The notes beneath the pieces were generated by a model that had not been told where the DNA came from, made no database searches, and saw only the letters and a program-made list of their open reading frames with translations. A DNA stretch of 60,084 nt, counting the filler, from Sanchytrium tribonematis (Eukaryota): NCBI GenBank assembly GCA_018985235.1. It is 4 parts of 4 records of this genome, joined end to end, with 100 filler letters (N's around TTAATTAATTAA, not from the genome) between each part and the next. Parts side by side here need not be neighbours in the genome. Positions count along the whole stretch, not along the records: positions 30,206 to 45,164 come from JADGIG010000161.1; 3 more parts are not named here. One strand, given 5' to 3'. Position 1 is the first letter of the stretch, and every line of letters begins with the position of its first letter. The translations under genes and the position numbers were made by a program. Shown here in pieces: positions 33,449 to 44,131 of this stretch.

Positions 33449-34081
33449 ATGCAGCGATTTTTTGGTCAAGCCAATTCGCAACCTAAACCGACTCTCAATG
33501 ATGCAATAAATAAACAAGATGGAAGAGTTAGTCAAATACAAGATAGAATTAACAAAATTGATCAACAATTAGCACAACTCAAGCCTAAATTACATATACC
33601 GAGTCAGAAACAAAGAGCAATGCAATTGCTTCAACAAAAAAAACAATACGAGCAACAGCTTCAACAGATCATGAATATATCCTACAATATGACAAACACT
33701 CAACTTCATGTAGAGTCTATTGAAAATACTCAAGTCATAGTAGATACAATGAAGCAAAGTACCAAACAAATGAAATCTCAAATGAAAAAAATGAATGTTG
33801 GAAAAATAGAGGATCTTCAGTACGAACTCGAGGAACTTATGGAAGATAGTAACGAAATTCAAGCTATTTTGGGACAGAGTTATAACGTAGATGTAAACGA
33901 GGAGGAATTAGAATTGGAATTACAACAATTGGAAGACATGGACATCAGCGAATTGATGGCTAACATACCTGCAGTCGAACCTGTCGCGGCAATTCCAAGC
34001 GCCTCGTTAGCAACTCAGCAATCAGCGGAAAAATCAAATGAAATGAAAGAGTCGCAAATTCCTGGCAGCATAGCCCATTGA
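33449..34081 (+). CDS. VPS60: ESCRT-III Vps60/CHMP5
   Basis: MQRFFG...PTLNDAI, KQRAMQLLQQKKQYE, KIEDLQ.EL.ELME.SNEIQ. Confidence 0.85.
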   Translation: MQRFFGQANSQPKPTLNDAINKQDGRVSQIQDRINKIDQQLAQLKPKLHIPSQKQRAMQLLQQKKQYEQQLQQIMNISYNMTNTQLHVESIENTQVIVDTMKQSTKQMKSQMKKMNVGKIEDLQYELEELMEDSNEIQAILGQSYNVDVNEEELELELQQLEDMDISELMANIPAVEPVAAIPSASLATQQSAEKSNEMKESQIPGSIAH

Positions 34082-34212
34082 TCATCGTATAGTAGTAAAT
34101 AAACAAATTTACTGTTGCAAGTTAAACTTTGCTCTAATGATTGGTATTACAGGATCTTGGATCGCTTTAAGACCTTGAAAATCTAAATTTACAATATTAA
34201 AGCTATATTTTG

Positions 34213-34563
34213 ATGAAAAATTACATGATATGTTTTTGGGATGATTGCCAACAAGATGTAGACGACATTATGGAGCATTTAAGTTCACATGTTGGATATC
34301 AAAAAGAATTTAGTTTTCATGGAAAATGCATGTGGAAATTTTGCAAGGTGTCGAAATCAACGCGATCAAGGTTACTGAGTCATTTGAGATCTCATTTGGA
34401 TTTGCGCCCTTACAAATGTCACTGCGGCAAAAAATTTAAAAGAAAAAGTGACCTTAAGGCTCACAACAACGTATGTAAGACCAAGTTTGAAAAGGCAGTT
34501 CAGTTACTTTTTCATGGAATCCCTATCCCACACAACTTTGAATGCTTTGTATGGATGAAATAA
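34213..34563 (+). CDS. Minimal PacC/Rim101-like three-finger zinc-finger protein
   Basis: CFWDDC..HLSSHVG, CMWKFC...SHLRSH, LRPYKCHCGKKFKRKSDLKAH...C. Confidence 0.8.
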   Translation: MKNYMICFWDDCQQDVDDIMEHLSSHVGYQKEFSFHGKCMWKFCKVSKSTRSRLLSHLRSHLDLRPYKCHCGKKFKRKSDLKAHNNVCKTKFEKAVQLLFHGIPIPHNFECFVWMK

Positions 34564-34734
34564 GCAAAATAAATTATAGATTATAATAGAAACGACGGAA
34601 CAAAACCGTTTCAATTTTGCAACAGGCTCTGTGAGACCTGTGCACGGTGATTACCAACAGTATTGATTGCATTCCTGTCATTGGTTTTTAGGCTGCAGGT
34701 TTTATTCTTGACGGGCAGACACCTAGCACATGAG

Positions 34735-35061
34735 ATGTTCTGCGAGTGGGGAGGTTGTCACCAAATTCTTACAAAAGAAGAGACCTTGAATCACTTGAGC
34801 GATCACGTTGGTTTTAAAAGGAGAAATAGCTTTGATGGTATATGCAGATGGAAGCACTGCAATGTCCGAAAATCTGATAGAACAAAGCTAATTTCACATG
34901 TTATCTCGCACATCAAGGTCGTATTTTACAATTGTGAATGCGGTAAAACTTTTAAACGAAAGTCTGATCATGCCGCGCATAGGAAGAAATGCAATGCATA
35001 CTTTGATTCGATCGTTAATATATTGTTTGAAGGGCTGCCCGATAAACCCACGGAACATTAG
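34735..35061 (+). CDS. Second minimal PacC/Rim101-like zinc-finger protein (tandem paralogue)
   Basis: CEWGGC..HLSDHVG, CRWKHC...SHVISH, CECGKTFKRKSDHAAH...C; ATG at 34735. Confidence 0.8.
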   Translation: MFCEWGGCHQILTKEETLNHLSDHVGFKRRNSFDGICRWKHCNVRKSDRTKLISHVISHIKVVFYNCECGKTFKRKSDHAAHRKKCNAYFDSIVNILFEGLPDKPTEH

Positions 35062-35253
35062 TAACAAATATGGTAATTATTTATAGTCCTATTACGATCT
35101 TATTATGGCTACGGGAACAACAATTGATATTAGAGCGAAAATAATTTAATAAAAAATACAAACTCTTCAGCAAATTGGCATGTTATGCAGCATTAATTCT
35201 TTGGCCATTTGAAGTAGACTAAAAGTAAAGCTTGGCAAGCAATTGAAACACGA

Positions 35254-35529
35254 ATGTCATTTATTTATTTGGCACAAGACAGAAAACTTCAGGAAAAGAA
35301 GTTTGAAGAAAAACTGGATGATCTTGAAGCTAGACTACAAAGATGCACTATATTTAAAGAGAATCATGAGAAGCCACCTAAAGAACTGGAATTTGTCAGA
35401 TTTCACGCTGAGTTCAATCATTATCATTCAAAACGAGTCACTTTTAATCTTATTGAGTAAACAATTGGGTTCTAAATTAGTTTGATATTTCAGAAATTAA
35501 CTTGGGTCGAAGGAGTTATGTCAGCATAG
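35254..35529 (+). CDS. Hypothetical small protein (~83 aa) with a possible 24-nt intron
   Basis: The ORF stop lies inside gtaaacaattgggttctaaattag (35457-35480), which fits the local intron consensus; the spliced frame ends at TAG 35527-35529. Confidence 0.35.
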
Positions 35530-35656
35530 GTAGTGACTCAGCAGAGGGAACCTTGTAACATCTTTAATTTTTACTTACCATCAATGAACATCGTTGTGCT
35601 GTGTCATCCTGTTTCCGTGTTTTTCCAATTTGTAGCAAAAAACGAGAGGGCGAAAC

Positions 35657-36781
35657 ATGTGGGAATCCATACCGTTGTCAGTCACAAAATGCCATTACTT
35701 TGATGGATTATTTTTAGAGCAAAAAGATTCATTGTTGCATTACGACATGCAGGGAAGAAAGATTCTCGATCAATATAGCAAACCAGTGTCTTTTGTTTTT
35801 GATGGATATTTCGTTGCAAATAATATTCTGTACAAATCACATAAATTTTCGGAAACTATCAAAATTCTAGAAACCAAGATTGACGATATATGCCGATCGA
35901 CTGACTATTGGATTATTTTGTACAAAAAAACGCTTTATCTTTACAGCTTAGATGGAAAATTGTTAGACGAGAAAAAGTTTAATTCGCACTCCAAATTAAT
36001 ACAATGCGATCCCCCTCTTTTAAGTAATAAGATCAAAAATCTTGAAATCAGAATAAGCATGAATAAGTTAAATTTTTCAGAAAATAAGATTGTTGGTATT
36101 TGCCACGCTGGCGAGGGTTCTGTTGTGCTTCAGCGAGCAGATGATAAAATGTTGCTTTATTATAATTATTGTGAGGCACTTTGTCTACCTTGGCCAAAAT
36201 CCTACTTTATTTACGATAAGTTTATATTTTTACACGTGGGTAACGAAATAAGGCTATACGATTGCGAATTTGGCGTCCAGATAAAATCTTTAAATATTGA
36301 TTTTGAAATAAGTGAGTTTATTTATTCTGGTAAATTTTTGATAGCATTTAATGATTCCGAAATTGTTTTCACTTCATTTCTATTTACAAGTGGTATCGAC
36401 GAAATTTTGAAATTGAATGTCGAAGGAATCACTTTGGATTTAGGTCTGGAAAAGCCGGAAGACTTGAATGCGGTGAATGACATTTTAACTTGTGATAAGC
36501 ACGACGTCCCTTTACAATTAGCTCTTATGACTGTCAAGGAAATATCACTGCTTTTTGTAAACATGAAATCTGATTTAACGGATCGCCTATTGTATATCAT
36601 TCAAATTCTTAATAAGCAAGACCACCCATTTATACAAGATACTAGAAAGCAATTGTTTAAATATTTAGAAAATGAACGTAAAAAATCCTTGGCTTCTTTA
36701 CGATTGAAATCAAAGATTCAAGCTCTTGAAAAAATGCCAAAATGTGTTCTTCCCTACAGCGTTGAGAACGTCTACTTTTAA
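35657..36781 (+). CDS. Divergent protein, possibly Utp8/NOL11-like
   Basis: Beta-rich N-terminus, helical C-terminus, terminal LPYSVENVYF reminiscent of the Utp8/NOL11 YS[IV]E end motif; the CDS itself is well supported, the product call is weak. Confidence 0.45.
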   Translation: MWESIPLSVTKCHYFDGLFLEQKDSLLHYDMQGRKILDQYSKPVSFVFDGYFVANNILYKSHKFSETIKILETKIDDICRSTDYWIILYKKTLYLYSLDGKLLDEKKFNSHSKLIQCDPPLLSNKIKNLEIRISMNKLNFSENKIVGICHAGEGSVVLQRADDKMLLYYNYCEALCLPWPKSYFIYDKFIFLHVGNEIRLYDCEFGVQIKSLNIDFEISEFIYSGKFLIAFNDSEIVFTSFLFTSGIDEILKLNVEGITLDLGLEKPEDLNAVNDILTCDKHDVPLQLALMTVKEISLLFVNMKSDLTDRLLYIIQILNKQDHPFIQDTRKQLFKYLENERKKSLASLRLKSKIQALEKMPKCVLPYSVENVYF

Positions 36782-36791
36782 TAAAAGCCAT

Positions 36792-38051
36792 TTATTTCGG
36801 AGACTTTCTCAAAAGTTCTTGTTTATAGCTGTTGCTATGACTATACGAAGTCCTATGACTTCTGATTTCAGGTATCTTCAGGTGCGAGTTTGTATATTTA
36901 ATACTTTTTGTTCTTCGAGGCTTGGGGAGAAAAACGTAGTTCATGACTATATCCATCAGTCCATATATTAGATGCTTGTTCCTTTGCTTACTAGAGAAAA
37001 CTGCCAGGAAATTTTTATCCATCAAGTTGTCAATTCTCTCTTTACCTCCAAAAAGCTGAATGAGAAAAGGAGGCAAATTTTCATTTAATGCTTTCGCCAA
37101 TTCTCTTCTTTGTTTACCGTATGGAACAAATTCATATTCCTCATCAATTACAAACGGCTTTGGCGACTTTTGTAAAAACATCATTTCATCTAAAAATTTC
37201 ACGATTATAGTCAAAAGGTCATGATTTAAAGTATCGTCTAGAAACTTTTTTAGTAGTTTATCGAGATAGTCACCCAAAGTACCACATAAAATGGGTTCTA
37301 ACAAAGTCTCGTAAGTTTTCCAAAACCACTGAAATGAATTTGGTAAATCGCCTTGGTCTTTAATGTTGAAAATATTATCTATAATGTCAATGAGATCCTT
37401 GTAATATTTTGGAGAATAGGGTTTGAAAATATTTTTAAAAATCTGAACTAAATTTGGAATGTCGTAAGGGTAACTTTCAGTTGAAGGAGTCAAAATGATA
37501 ATTTCTAGCAAAGTATATATCATATCCGGTCTGCTAGCCGACTCAATTCCTAATTCAATTATAAAAGATACGATGTCAACAGTTAAAATGTAAACAGTTT
37601 GAGAATCGCGGTCTTGGTCTTTCAAGATATTATCTGTGATCCTTTTTGCATATTCTCTAATGTAGCCTGCTTCATCATCAATAGCGGGATGTGGTTTAAT
37701 AGAGTGGAAATAGCTATCTAGTGAATGGGATGGAAACGACCCGTAAAATTCTTTTGATGTATGATAAGTTGTGATGTGATGCCTTATTAATTGCAAAGCA
37801 TCTAATAGTATTATCTCAGACATGTTGATCTGACTGTAAATAGATTTCAAATTTAGTATAAATTGGCTCATCAATTCTCCAACTACACGAGGGAAGACAG
37901 GATAAGTACTAAATGTGTAATACCATGAAAGAATATATTCTTTGACAATGTGGTTCATAAATGACTCTAATTGGATTTGTAATTCTGCATTGGTGGTAAA
38001 TTCTGGGAAATTTGTGATAGAGCTAGAAATTTCACTTGAGCGCCTCCTCAT
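36792..38051 (-). CDS. PXA + PXC (Nexin_C) domain protein without PX/RGS
   Basis: IVKEYILSWY, HPAI, and C-terminal NKHLIYGLMDIV. Confidence 0.75.
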   Translation of the reverse strand: MRRRSSEISSSITNFPEFTTNAELQIQLESFMNHIVKEYILSWYYTFSTYPVFPRVVGELMSQFILNLKSIYSQINMSEIILLDALQLIRHHITTYHTSKEFYGSFPSHSLDSYFHSIKPHPAIDDEAGYIREYAKRITDNILKDQDRDSQTVYILTVDIVSFIIELGIESASRPDMIYTLLEIIILTPSTESYPYDIPNLVQIFKNIFKPYSPKYYKDLIDIIDNIFNIKDQGDLPNSFQWFWKTYETLLEPILCGTLGDYLDKLLKKFLDDTLNHDLLTIIVKFLDEMMFLQKSPKPFVIDEEYEFVPYGKQRRELAKALNENLPPFLIQLFGGKERIDNLMDKNFLAVFSSKQRNKHLIYGLMDIVMNYVFLPKPRRTKSIKYTNSHLKIPEIRSHRTSYSHSNSYKQELLRKSPK

Positions 38052-38433
38052 TTGAAAAAGTAAAACAATGTTTTTATCGAGAATACCATCATTAGCACAA
38101 GATGCTTAAGTCTTTTTTAGCACTGAGTTTTTCAATCAATAATCAACATTAAACACTTAGGTTTTATTAAATAACTATTCTACATCAATGGTGGCAGAAA
38201 TTTTGAAATAAATATTGTTCTAGACAACATTTGGATTTAAATTTATATTTTTTTGCTGTAGAAAGATAATGACTATATTTATCTTAAATTTGCAAAACAA
38301 AAACTAATACGATTGAACTTCATCGGCTGACTTGTCATATTTAAAGAGCCTAAGATATGTTAATATTTTGAATAAATGAGTTGCAAGATACAAGCAAAAT
38401 GATGAGTGATCTTATTATCTGAATTTATTTACA

Positions 38434-39649
38434 TTAATAATAGGGTATATCATTTTCATCGTATACACTATCCACCCTTTTGATCTCTATGCCCTTATTT
38501 GATTCCAGATATTTTTGTAGTGGTTTCCTGTCAACAGTTTGGATGAAATACTTCCCAGGGTTGTCACACCAGCTAACGTATCCCTTATAATATGGATACT
38601 CTATTTTAGATTTAAATACCTTCAACATGTAATATACTCTCTAGATGATTCACGCTTCTGCTATTCAATCGCATCTCCAATGGAGTGCTTCTCGTATCTT
38701 TTCGTAAACGAACAAAACTTTTTAGACTAATGATTTTGCAATCATCTCTCAAATTCCAAAATTGTTGATGAAGAATAAAATCCAATTCTGGTGTAAAAAC
38801 GTAGTTATTCACGAACACTATGGTAGCCTTTTTCAAAATTTCAAACATGCCCTGATGATCAGCAATGTTCCCTTTAAATAATTGGATATATCCACAGTAT
38901 TGGGAATAATTAGCCATCCTTTTCATAAATTCTCGTTTTAAATCCAATCCCAAGTCTGCTGTTTCTTCTAGCATTTCAATTCCATAGCACTGGCACTTTG
39001 CCAAACCTGCAACTTGACAGAGCACATTTCCTATACCACATCCCAAATCTACAAAAACTGAGTCTCGCCCAATTGGTAGTTCCTTTAACATCTTTTCGAT
39101 AAAAATAAAATTAACCTCTCCATAAACATTATCGCTAAAAGCTTTATAATTGCTGAGTCTCTTTGCTTTTGGATCCACAACACGCTTATAAGCTTGATCG
39201 TATATATGTTCAATTAGTGCTGGATGTGTTGAAAGCGAATGATCAAATAATTCTTGATATATATGGTATTCGTCTCTAAAGCTGTCAGGTTTTTCAAAAG
39301 AAGATACACCTACAACAAGCTGAATTTTGTGAGCATCCTGAAGGCGCTGATTAAATGTAAGCACCGCATTGTTAAATAACTCAAAATTCTTTGTGATCTT
39401 AGCAATTCCCAGTTGCCATTTGATGTACTCTACATCTTTAAAAAATTTATACCTCATCATAGGAGTCATTAAAACACAGTATTTAAGTACGTTGTGTACT
39501 GTGGCCATAATTTCGTTAACGCCATAAGAGTCTAAATAAATAAACTCTTCGTTTAAATTAGGGTACACTAATGTTATAGTATTCATAGTTTTACCTGCCT
39601 TATTAGGAAAGAAGCAAGGATTTCTACTTTTATAGTGTTTACAAGACAT
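38434..39649 (-). CDS. DOT1: Histone H3K79 methyltransferase Dot1, 2 exons, ~398 aa
   Basis: YKAFSDNVYGE, FVDLGCGIGN, GIE, FVNNYVF, IISLKSF, and VSW after splicing of the 19-nt intron at 38601-38619. Confidence 0.92.
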
Positions 39650-39859
39650 TTTAGAAGAAAATTTTGTTTCAAAAAAGCTCCAAAGCTACTCTTTCCCAAA
39701 TTTGTAGATATAGCCATGACTAGGAAAATAAAGAGAGATATTTAAAAAGTTGCAACCACTAGTTACCTTATCATTTCAGGCCTACATGGGCATTTAAAAA
39801 TAAAAAATATGAGCCTGTGTCATAAACCTCATTTATTTTTTAATTTCTAAAAATTGACT

Positions 39860-41194
39860 TCATTTAATGTCTTCTCTTAGTTTCTGTTGAACCTCGGATG
39901 CAAGTAACCCCTTTGTTTCTGGTATGTGTTTGAAAATGAGTATACCAGAGAAACAACCAAAGCCAACAAAAACTAGAAAGATATAATAATGAAATAGATC
40001 TAATAAAGGCAAAAATCCAAAACTAATTATAAAGTTGGATCCCCAGTTTACAGGATTCGCAATCTTATTTGCATAATCAGCTGTTTTAGAATCAAACAAT
40101 TCAGGTATAATTATAAAAGGAATCACACACAAGCCTAATGAAAATCCCATTACAATCGAAAGAAAGAATACAAACGAGGATGCAGATGAACCACAAATTA
40201 AGCTTATCATTAGGCCAAGTTGAGAGATTGTAACCCAACCTAGACTAAGAAGCAATAAAGATTTCCTTCCTATTTTATCAATCAAGAATGTAGATATGAA
40301 TGTTGTGAAAATATTAAATATTGTAATTAAAAGTGAAACTAGTGTTGCATTTTGATAAAATAAATTTTGTAAAATTGGGACAGAATAAATAAAAACAATG
40401 TTGATTCCAGAAAATTGCATGCTAGCGTGTGCAATGCAGACACCCAATAATAGTCTACGGTATATTTTATCATCTATAAATGAAGAAAAAGAAAATTTTG
40501 AGTTTTGTGTAAAATGTTGCTTCCAACTTTCAATTTCTTGAGATATGTTGTAGCCCTTTGGTCTTAAAATTTCCAGTCCCTTCCAAGACTTTAACCTATT
40601 TGACTTGGATTTCATGTATAGATATTTCGGAGACTCAGGGCAATGATAAAGTGAAATACATTGAATAATACATACAAATATTGGAGCTGCTAGAATTAGT
40701 CTCCAATTATGTATCAAATATCCTAGAAATGCTGTTGCGAATATTCCCAGATTCACTGCTAATTGTGTTAAAGTTCCCAAAATTCCCTGCAACTCAAGTG
40801 GAGAAATCTCACTGATATATATGGGAGCATTAAATATAGCAATTCCACTCCCTAAACCAACAAGAAATCGCCCTATTACAAATATCCAGTATATATTAGT
40901 TGATATCATCAATACGCAGCCAATCAAAATAATTAATGAAGAGACCAACATTTGAGAGCGTCGACCAGAGCCAAGCAATCCAGAAATGATAGTGCCAACA
41001 AACCCACCAACTGTAAACATAGAAGTTGCCAAGGAAAAATAAAACTGATTCATCGCAATACAATCCAATTGACTCCAAGATTGACACTGGATTGCATTTT
41101 TAGGAGCATTTAACTCTGCCAAGTGATAACCATATTGAAAAGAACCAATGCAGGCCGAAAAAACTGATATAAACAATTGAATTTTATGTTTCAT
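39860..41194 (-). CDS. MFS sugar porter (GLUT-like)
   Basis: GSFQYGY, GRR, YISEISP, PESP, QFSGIN, DKIGRK, PETKG; first in-frame ATG at 41194. Confidence 0.9.
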   Translation of the reverse strand: MKHKIQLFISVFSACIGSFQYGYHLAELNAPKNAIQCQSWSQLDCIAMNQFYFSLATSMFTVGGFVGTIISGLLGSGRRSQMLVSSLIILIGCVLMISTNIYWIFVIGRFLVGLGSGIAIFNAPIYISEISPLELQGILGTLTQLAVNLGIFATAFLGYLIHNWRLILAAPIFVCIIQCISLYHCPESPKYLYMKSKSNRLKSWKGLEILRPKGYNISQEIESWKQHFTQNSKFSFSSFIDDKIYRRLLLGVCIAHASMQFSGINIVFIYSVPILQNLFYQNATLVSLLITIFNIFTTFISTFLIDKIGRKSLLLLSLGWVTISQLGLMISLICGSSASSFVFFLSIVMGFSLGLCVIPFIIIPELFDSKTADYANKIANPVNWGSNFIISFGFLPLLDLFHYYIFLVFVGFGCFSGILIFKHIPETKGLLASEVQQKLREDIK

Positions 41195-41354
41195 TCCTTT
41201 GCCTCTAATTCGATCCCTATTTGTGTTGCCTCTCCTCCCTGCACCCCACAAAATTCAGATATTTTCGATGTACTCATTATTCAAATTTAAGTATTAAAAT
41301 GTTCAGAATATTCATCTTGTTGAGAGAAACAGTAATTTATATAGATTTTGTCAA

Positions 41355-42485
41355 TTATTGAATTTCTCTCATGAATTTAGTTCTACTAGGATGTGGTAAC
41401 AATGCATCATCTATTGAACTCCACCACTGCGAAGAGTAGCTTTTGTACCATTCAATTGTTGCTTTGAGACCCTCTGTGAAAGAAACAGAAGGTTGCCAAC
41501 CCAATTCTTTCAATTTCGTAGCATCAACTGCATACCTTTGATCATTAAAAAATCGGTCTCTGACGAATTGCAGCTCCTTATCGGCATTTTCAATATCTCT
41601 ATTTTCGAGGTTGACGATGTATCTTGCCAATTCCAGATTAGTGAATTCATTATCAATTCCAATATTGTACACTTGCCCAATTTGTCCTCGACGAAGAATA
41701 AGATCCAGGGCTTTGACCACATCTGCAACATGAAGATACCTTCTCGAATGAGAACCATCACCGTGTATAGGTAATTTTTGATTTTTGTCTCTTAATAAAA
41801 TAAATTTTGGAATGACTTTTTCTGGATATTGACATGGACCATATACGTTATTGCTTCTTACAATGATAAGAGGAATCTTATAGCTTTTGTGATATGCACC
41901 ACAAATATGCTCAGCAGAAGCTTTCGAAGCAGAATAGGGATTGCTAGGACTTAAAAGATGGTCCTCTTTTCGTTCACCATTGGTTACACTTCCATAAACT
42001 TCATCGGTGCTTACATGTATAAATAATTCGATGCCTACGAGCCTTGCTGCCTCCAGAAGAATATGAGTACCAAGAACATTATTTTGTGTAAAATTGAAAG
42101 AATCCCCAAATGAATTATCCACATGACTTTGAGCAGCAAGATGCACAATAGTATCAATTCTATGATGTTTTAATAAATAATATACAAAATCAAATTGTGT
42201 AACATCGGCTTTGACAAACTCAAAATTATCAAGTTGTAATAGGTCGTAAAAATTGTGAACAGAACTGCAGTAGTCAATTTTATCAATTCCTAAAACGTAA
42301 TTATGTGAATATTTTGTGACCATAAACCTTGTGAAATGTGATGAAATAAAACCAGCACATCCAGTTATCAGAATTCTACGACCTTTGCGAGATTCTAGAT
42401 TTGACGGATTTGGATAAAATAATTTTAACAGATCGTATGCGCGTATATCCACTGGACTAAAATTTACGTATATTTCACTCTTCAT
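41355..42485 (-). CDS. NDP-glucose 4,6-dehydratase (RmlB/TGDS/RHM N-terminal type)
   Basis: ITGCAGFIS, HLAAQSHVDNSF, STDEVYG, YSASK, NNVYGP.QYPEK, DRFFNDQRY. Confidence 0.92.
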   Translation of the reverse strand: MKSEIYVNFSPVDIRAYDLLKLFYPNPSNLESRKGRRILITGCAGFISSHFTRFMVTKYSHNYVLGIDKIDYCSSVHNFYDLLQLDNFEFVKADVTQFDFVYYLLKHHRIDTIVHLAAQSHVDNSFGDSFNFTQNNVLGTHILLEAARLVGIELFIHVSTDEVYGSVTNGERKEDHLLSPSNPYSASKASAEHICGAYHKSYKIPLIIVRSNNVYGPCQYPEKVIPKFILLRDKNQKLPIHGDGSHSRRYLHVADVVKALDLILRRGQIGQVYNIGIDNEFTNLELARYIVNLENRDIENADKELQFVRDRFFNDQRYAVDATKLKELGWQPSVSFTEGLKATIEWYKSYSSQWWSSIDDALLPHPSRTKFMREIQ

Positions 42486-44131
42486 GCAGATATTGATTGA
42501 TATGCGAAACAGGAGATTTCAAATACTGGAGAATTCATTAGCAGGAATGAAAAATAATTAATTTACGAATGAGATATCTCTACTAACAGATCTCTTCTAT
42601 AATAATAATAAGAAGATAGCATGTCATACAATATACCTCGACTTGCGCTCTGATAGTCAAAGCACCTCCATTTTAAATATAATATATTGAATTGAATTTA
42701 TTTTAATAAGCTAGATACAATATACTAGTAACCCGGAATTTGAGTCTGATTGGATAAAACTTTTAACGTAAAAATCATGGAAAAATTGAAAAAAAATTTA
42801 ATTGAGTTGGGATGTCCAGAACCACACATAGATAACTTGATTATTGAATCAGAGAAAGGCAGAATATCTGAGGACTTGAACAATTTAATTTTAACAATGA
42901 GTAAAGAATTAAAAACAGCTTCAGCAACTCCAGCAGAAGTCGAACAGGCAAATGCAGACAATTCAAAATGCTATCTAAACAAGGAGCCAAATCCTCTCAA
43001 TTAATGTTGAATTTAATTAGTGTACAACAAAGAAATGTCAAATTGATAGAAGAGCGATTTAAAAGACCAGGCACGCGTTAAAGAAGATATAAAAAAGACA
43101 CCTGGAGACAGTTGGCAGAGCAACGAGGTATTAGTCTGTTTAAGTTGATTTCGAGTGTGTGTATTGCGGATGTCCTGTCGAATCTTCCTGGACAGCTCAT
43201 AGATTATTATAAGAAAATTGGTGGTACAGAGGTTAAATGAAATGCACTTTATACTCAAACAAATTTAAATGTTGCTATTATTCTTTTTGATTTATTTCAT
43301 GGTGGACCTTATGACAAAACAAGTATTTCAGTAGACGTCGAAGATTTGTTAACGGCCTTTGACTCTCTGTAAATCAAAGAATATTTTATTACAAAAGTGC
43401 ATGTTGGAAATATTAAAGATCAAAAAAGATATGAATAATGGTATGCATGTTAAATTTATTGGGCTTGAAAAAGACGCAGCTGATGTTATAAAAGATTGTC
43501 AAATATTTGGAGACTACTGTTCTTTGTTGAATAATGTTGAAACTGGTTTGATTGACGATTTATAGAAGATCGCAAAAGCATTGCAACTTTACAACAAGTA
43601 AATACTATCTTTTAAACAATTTATTTAATTGAAAAAGATTTCAAGAACTGGCGTAGATCTAATTGTAAATGCTTTCGACCAATTGTATTCCCAAGCGTAT
43701 AGGCATTTTCTATCGTCTTGCTATTTTCTTGATACGAAATAATGATAATTGGCTAAAATACAAGAAACCCTTAAAACGCGACGGTCCATTCTAAATTAAG
43801 GACAAATTTACAGTTTTTAAAACTGATTTTAAAATGCTTAAAATTTTGAAATGAATTTTCTCTACATCAACTAATGCTTTAAATGGCGCTTTATCAGATT
43901 TGGGTTTCATAAGTAAATCATTTATTCTAAATCGTCTTCATCAAAGTCAAAGTGCTCCATAAGTGCTAGGTCCAAAGCAAAACTTTCTTGTATAGCAAAA
44001 AAAGGTGACATTCTGAATAGGGATGTCTGTCATTTTATATCAAATAAAGACAAATAGATATGACGTGCTTACGCTAAAAATGATCATGTGAGAAAATAGT
44101 CAAATTAAGAAAACTTAAAACCTCCATTTTA

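Noticed and set aside
27807..35061. ESCRT/pH-signalling cluster (Vps27, Vps60, PacC-like genes)
   Set aside because: Vps27 is on a different contig across a linker, and the Vps60 adjacency alone is consistent with chance.
35560..35625. U1-like TACTTACC and U6-like GGATGACAC words
   Set aside because: The flanking conserved snRNA elements (ACAGAGA box, U1 stem-loops) are absent.
42725..43565. Short ORF fragments between the dehydratase and Sec31
   Set aside because: No recognisable motif; a pseudogene cannot be distinguished from noise.
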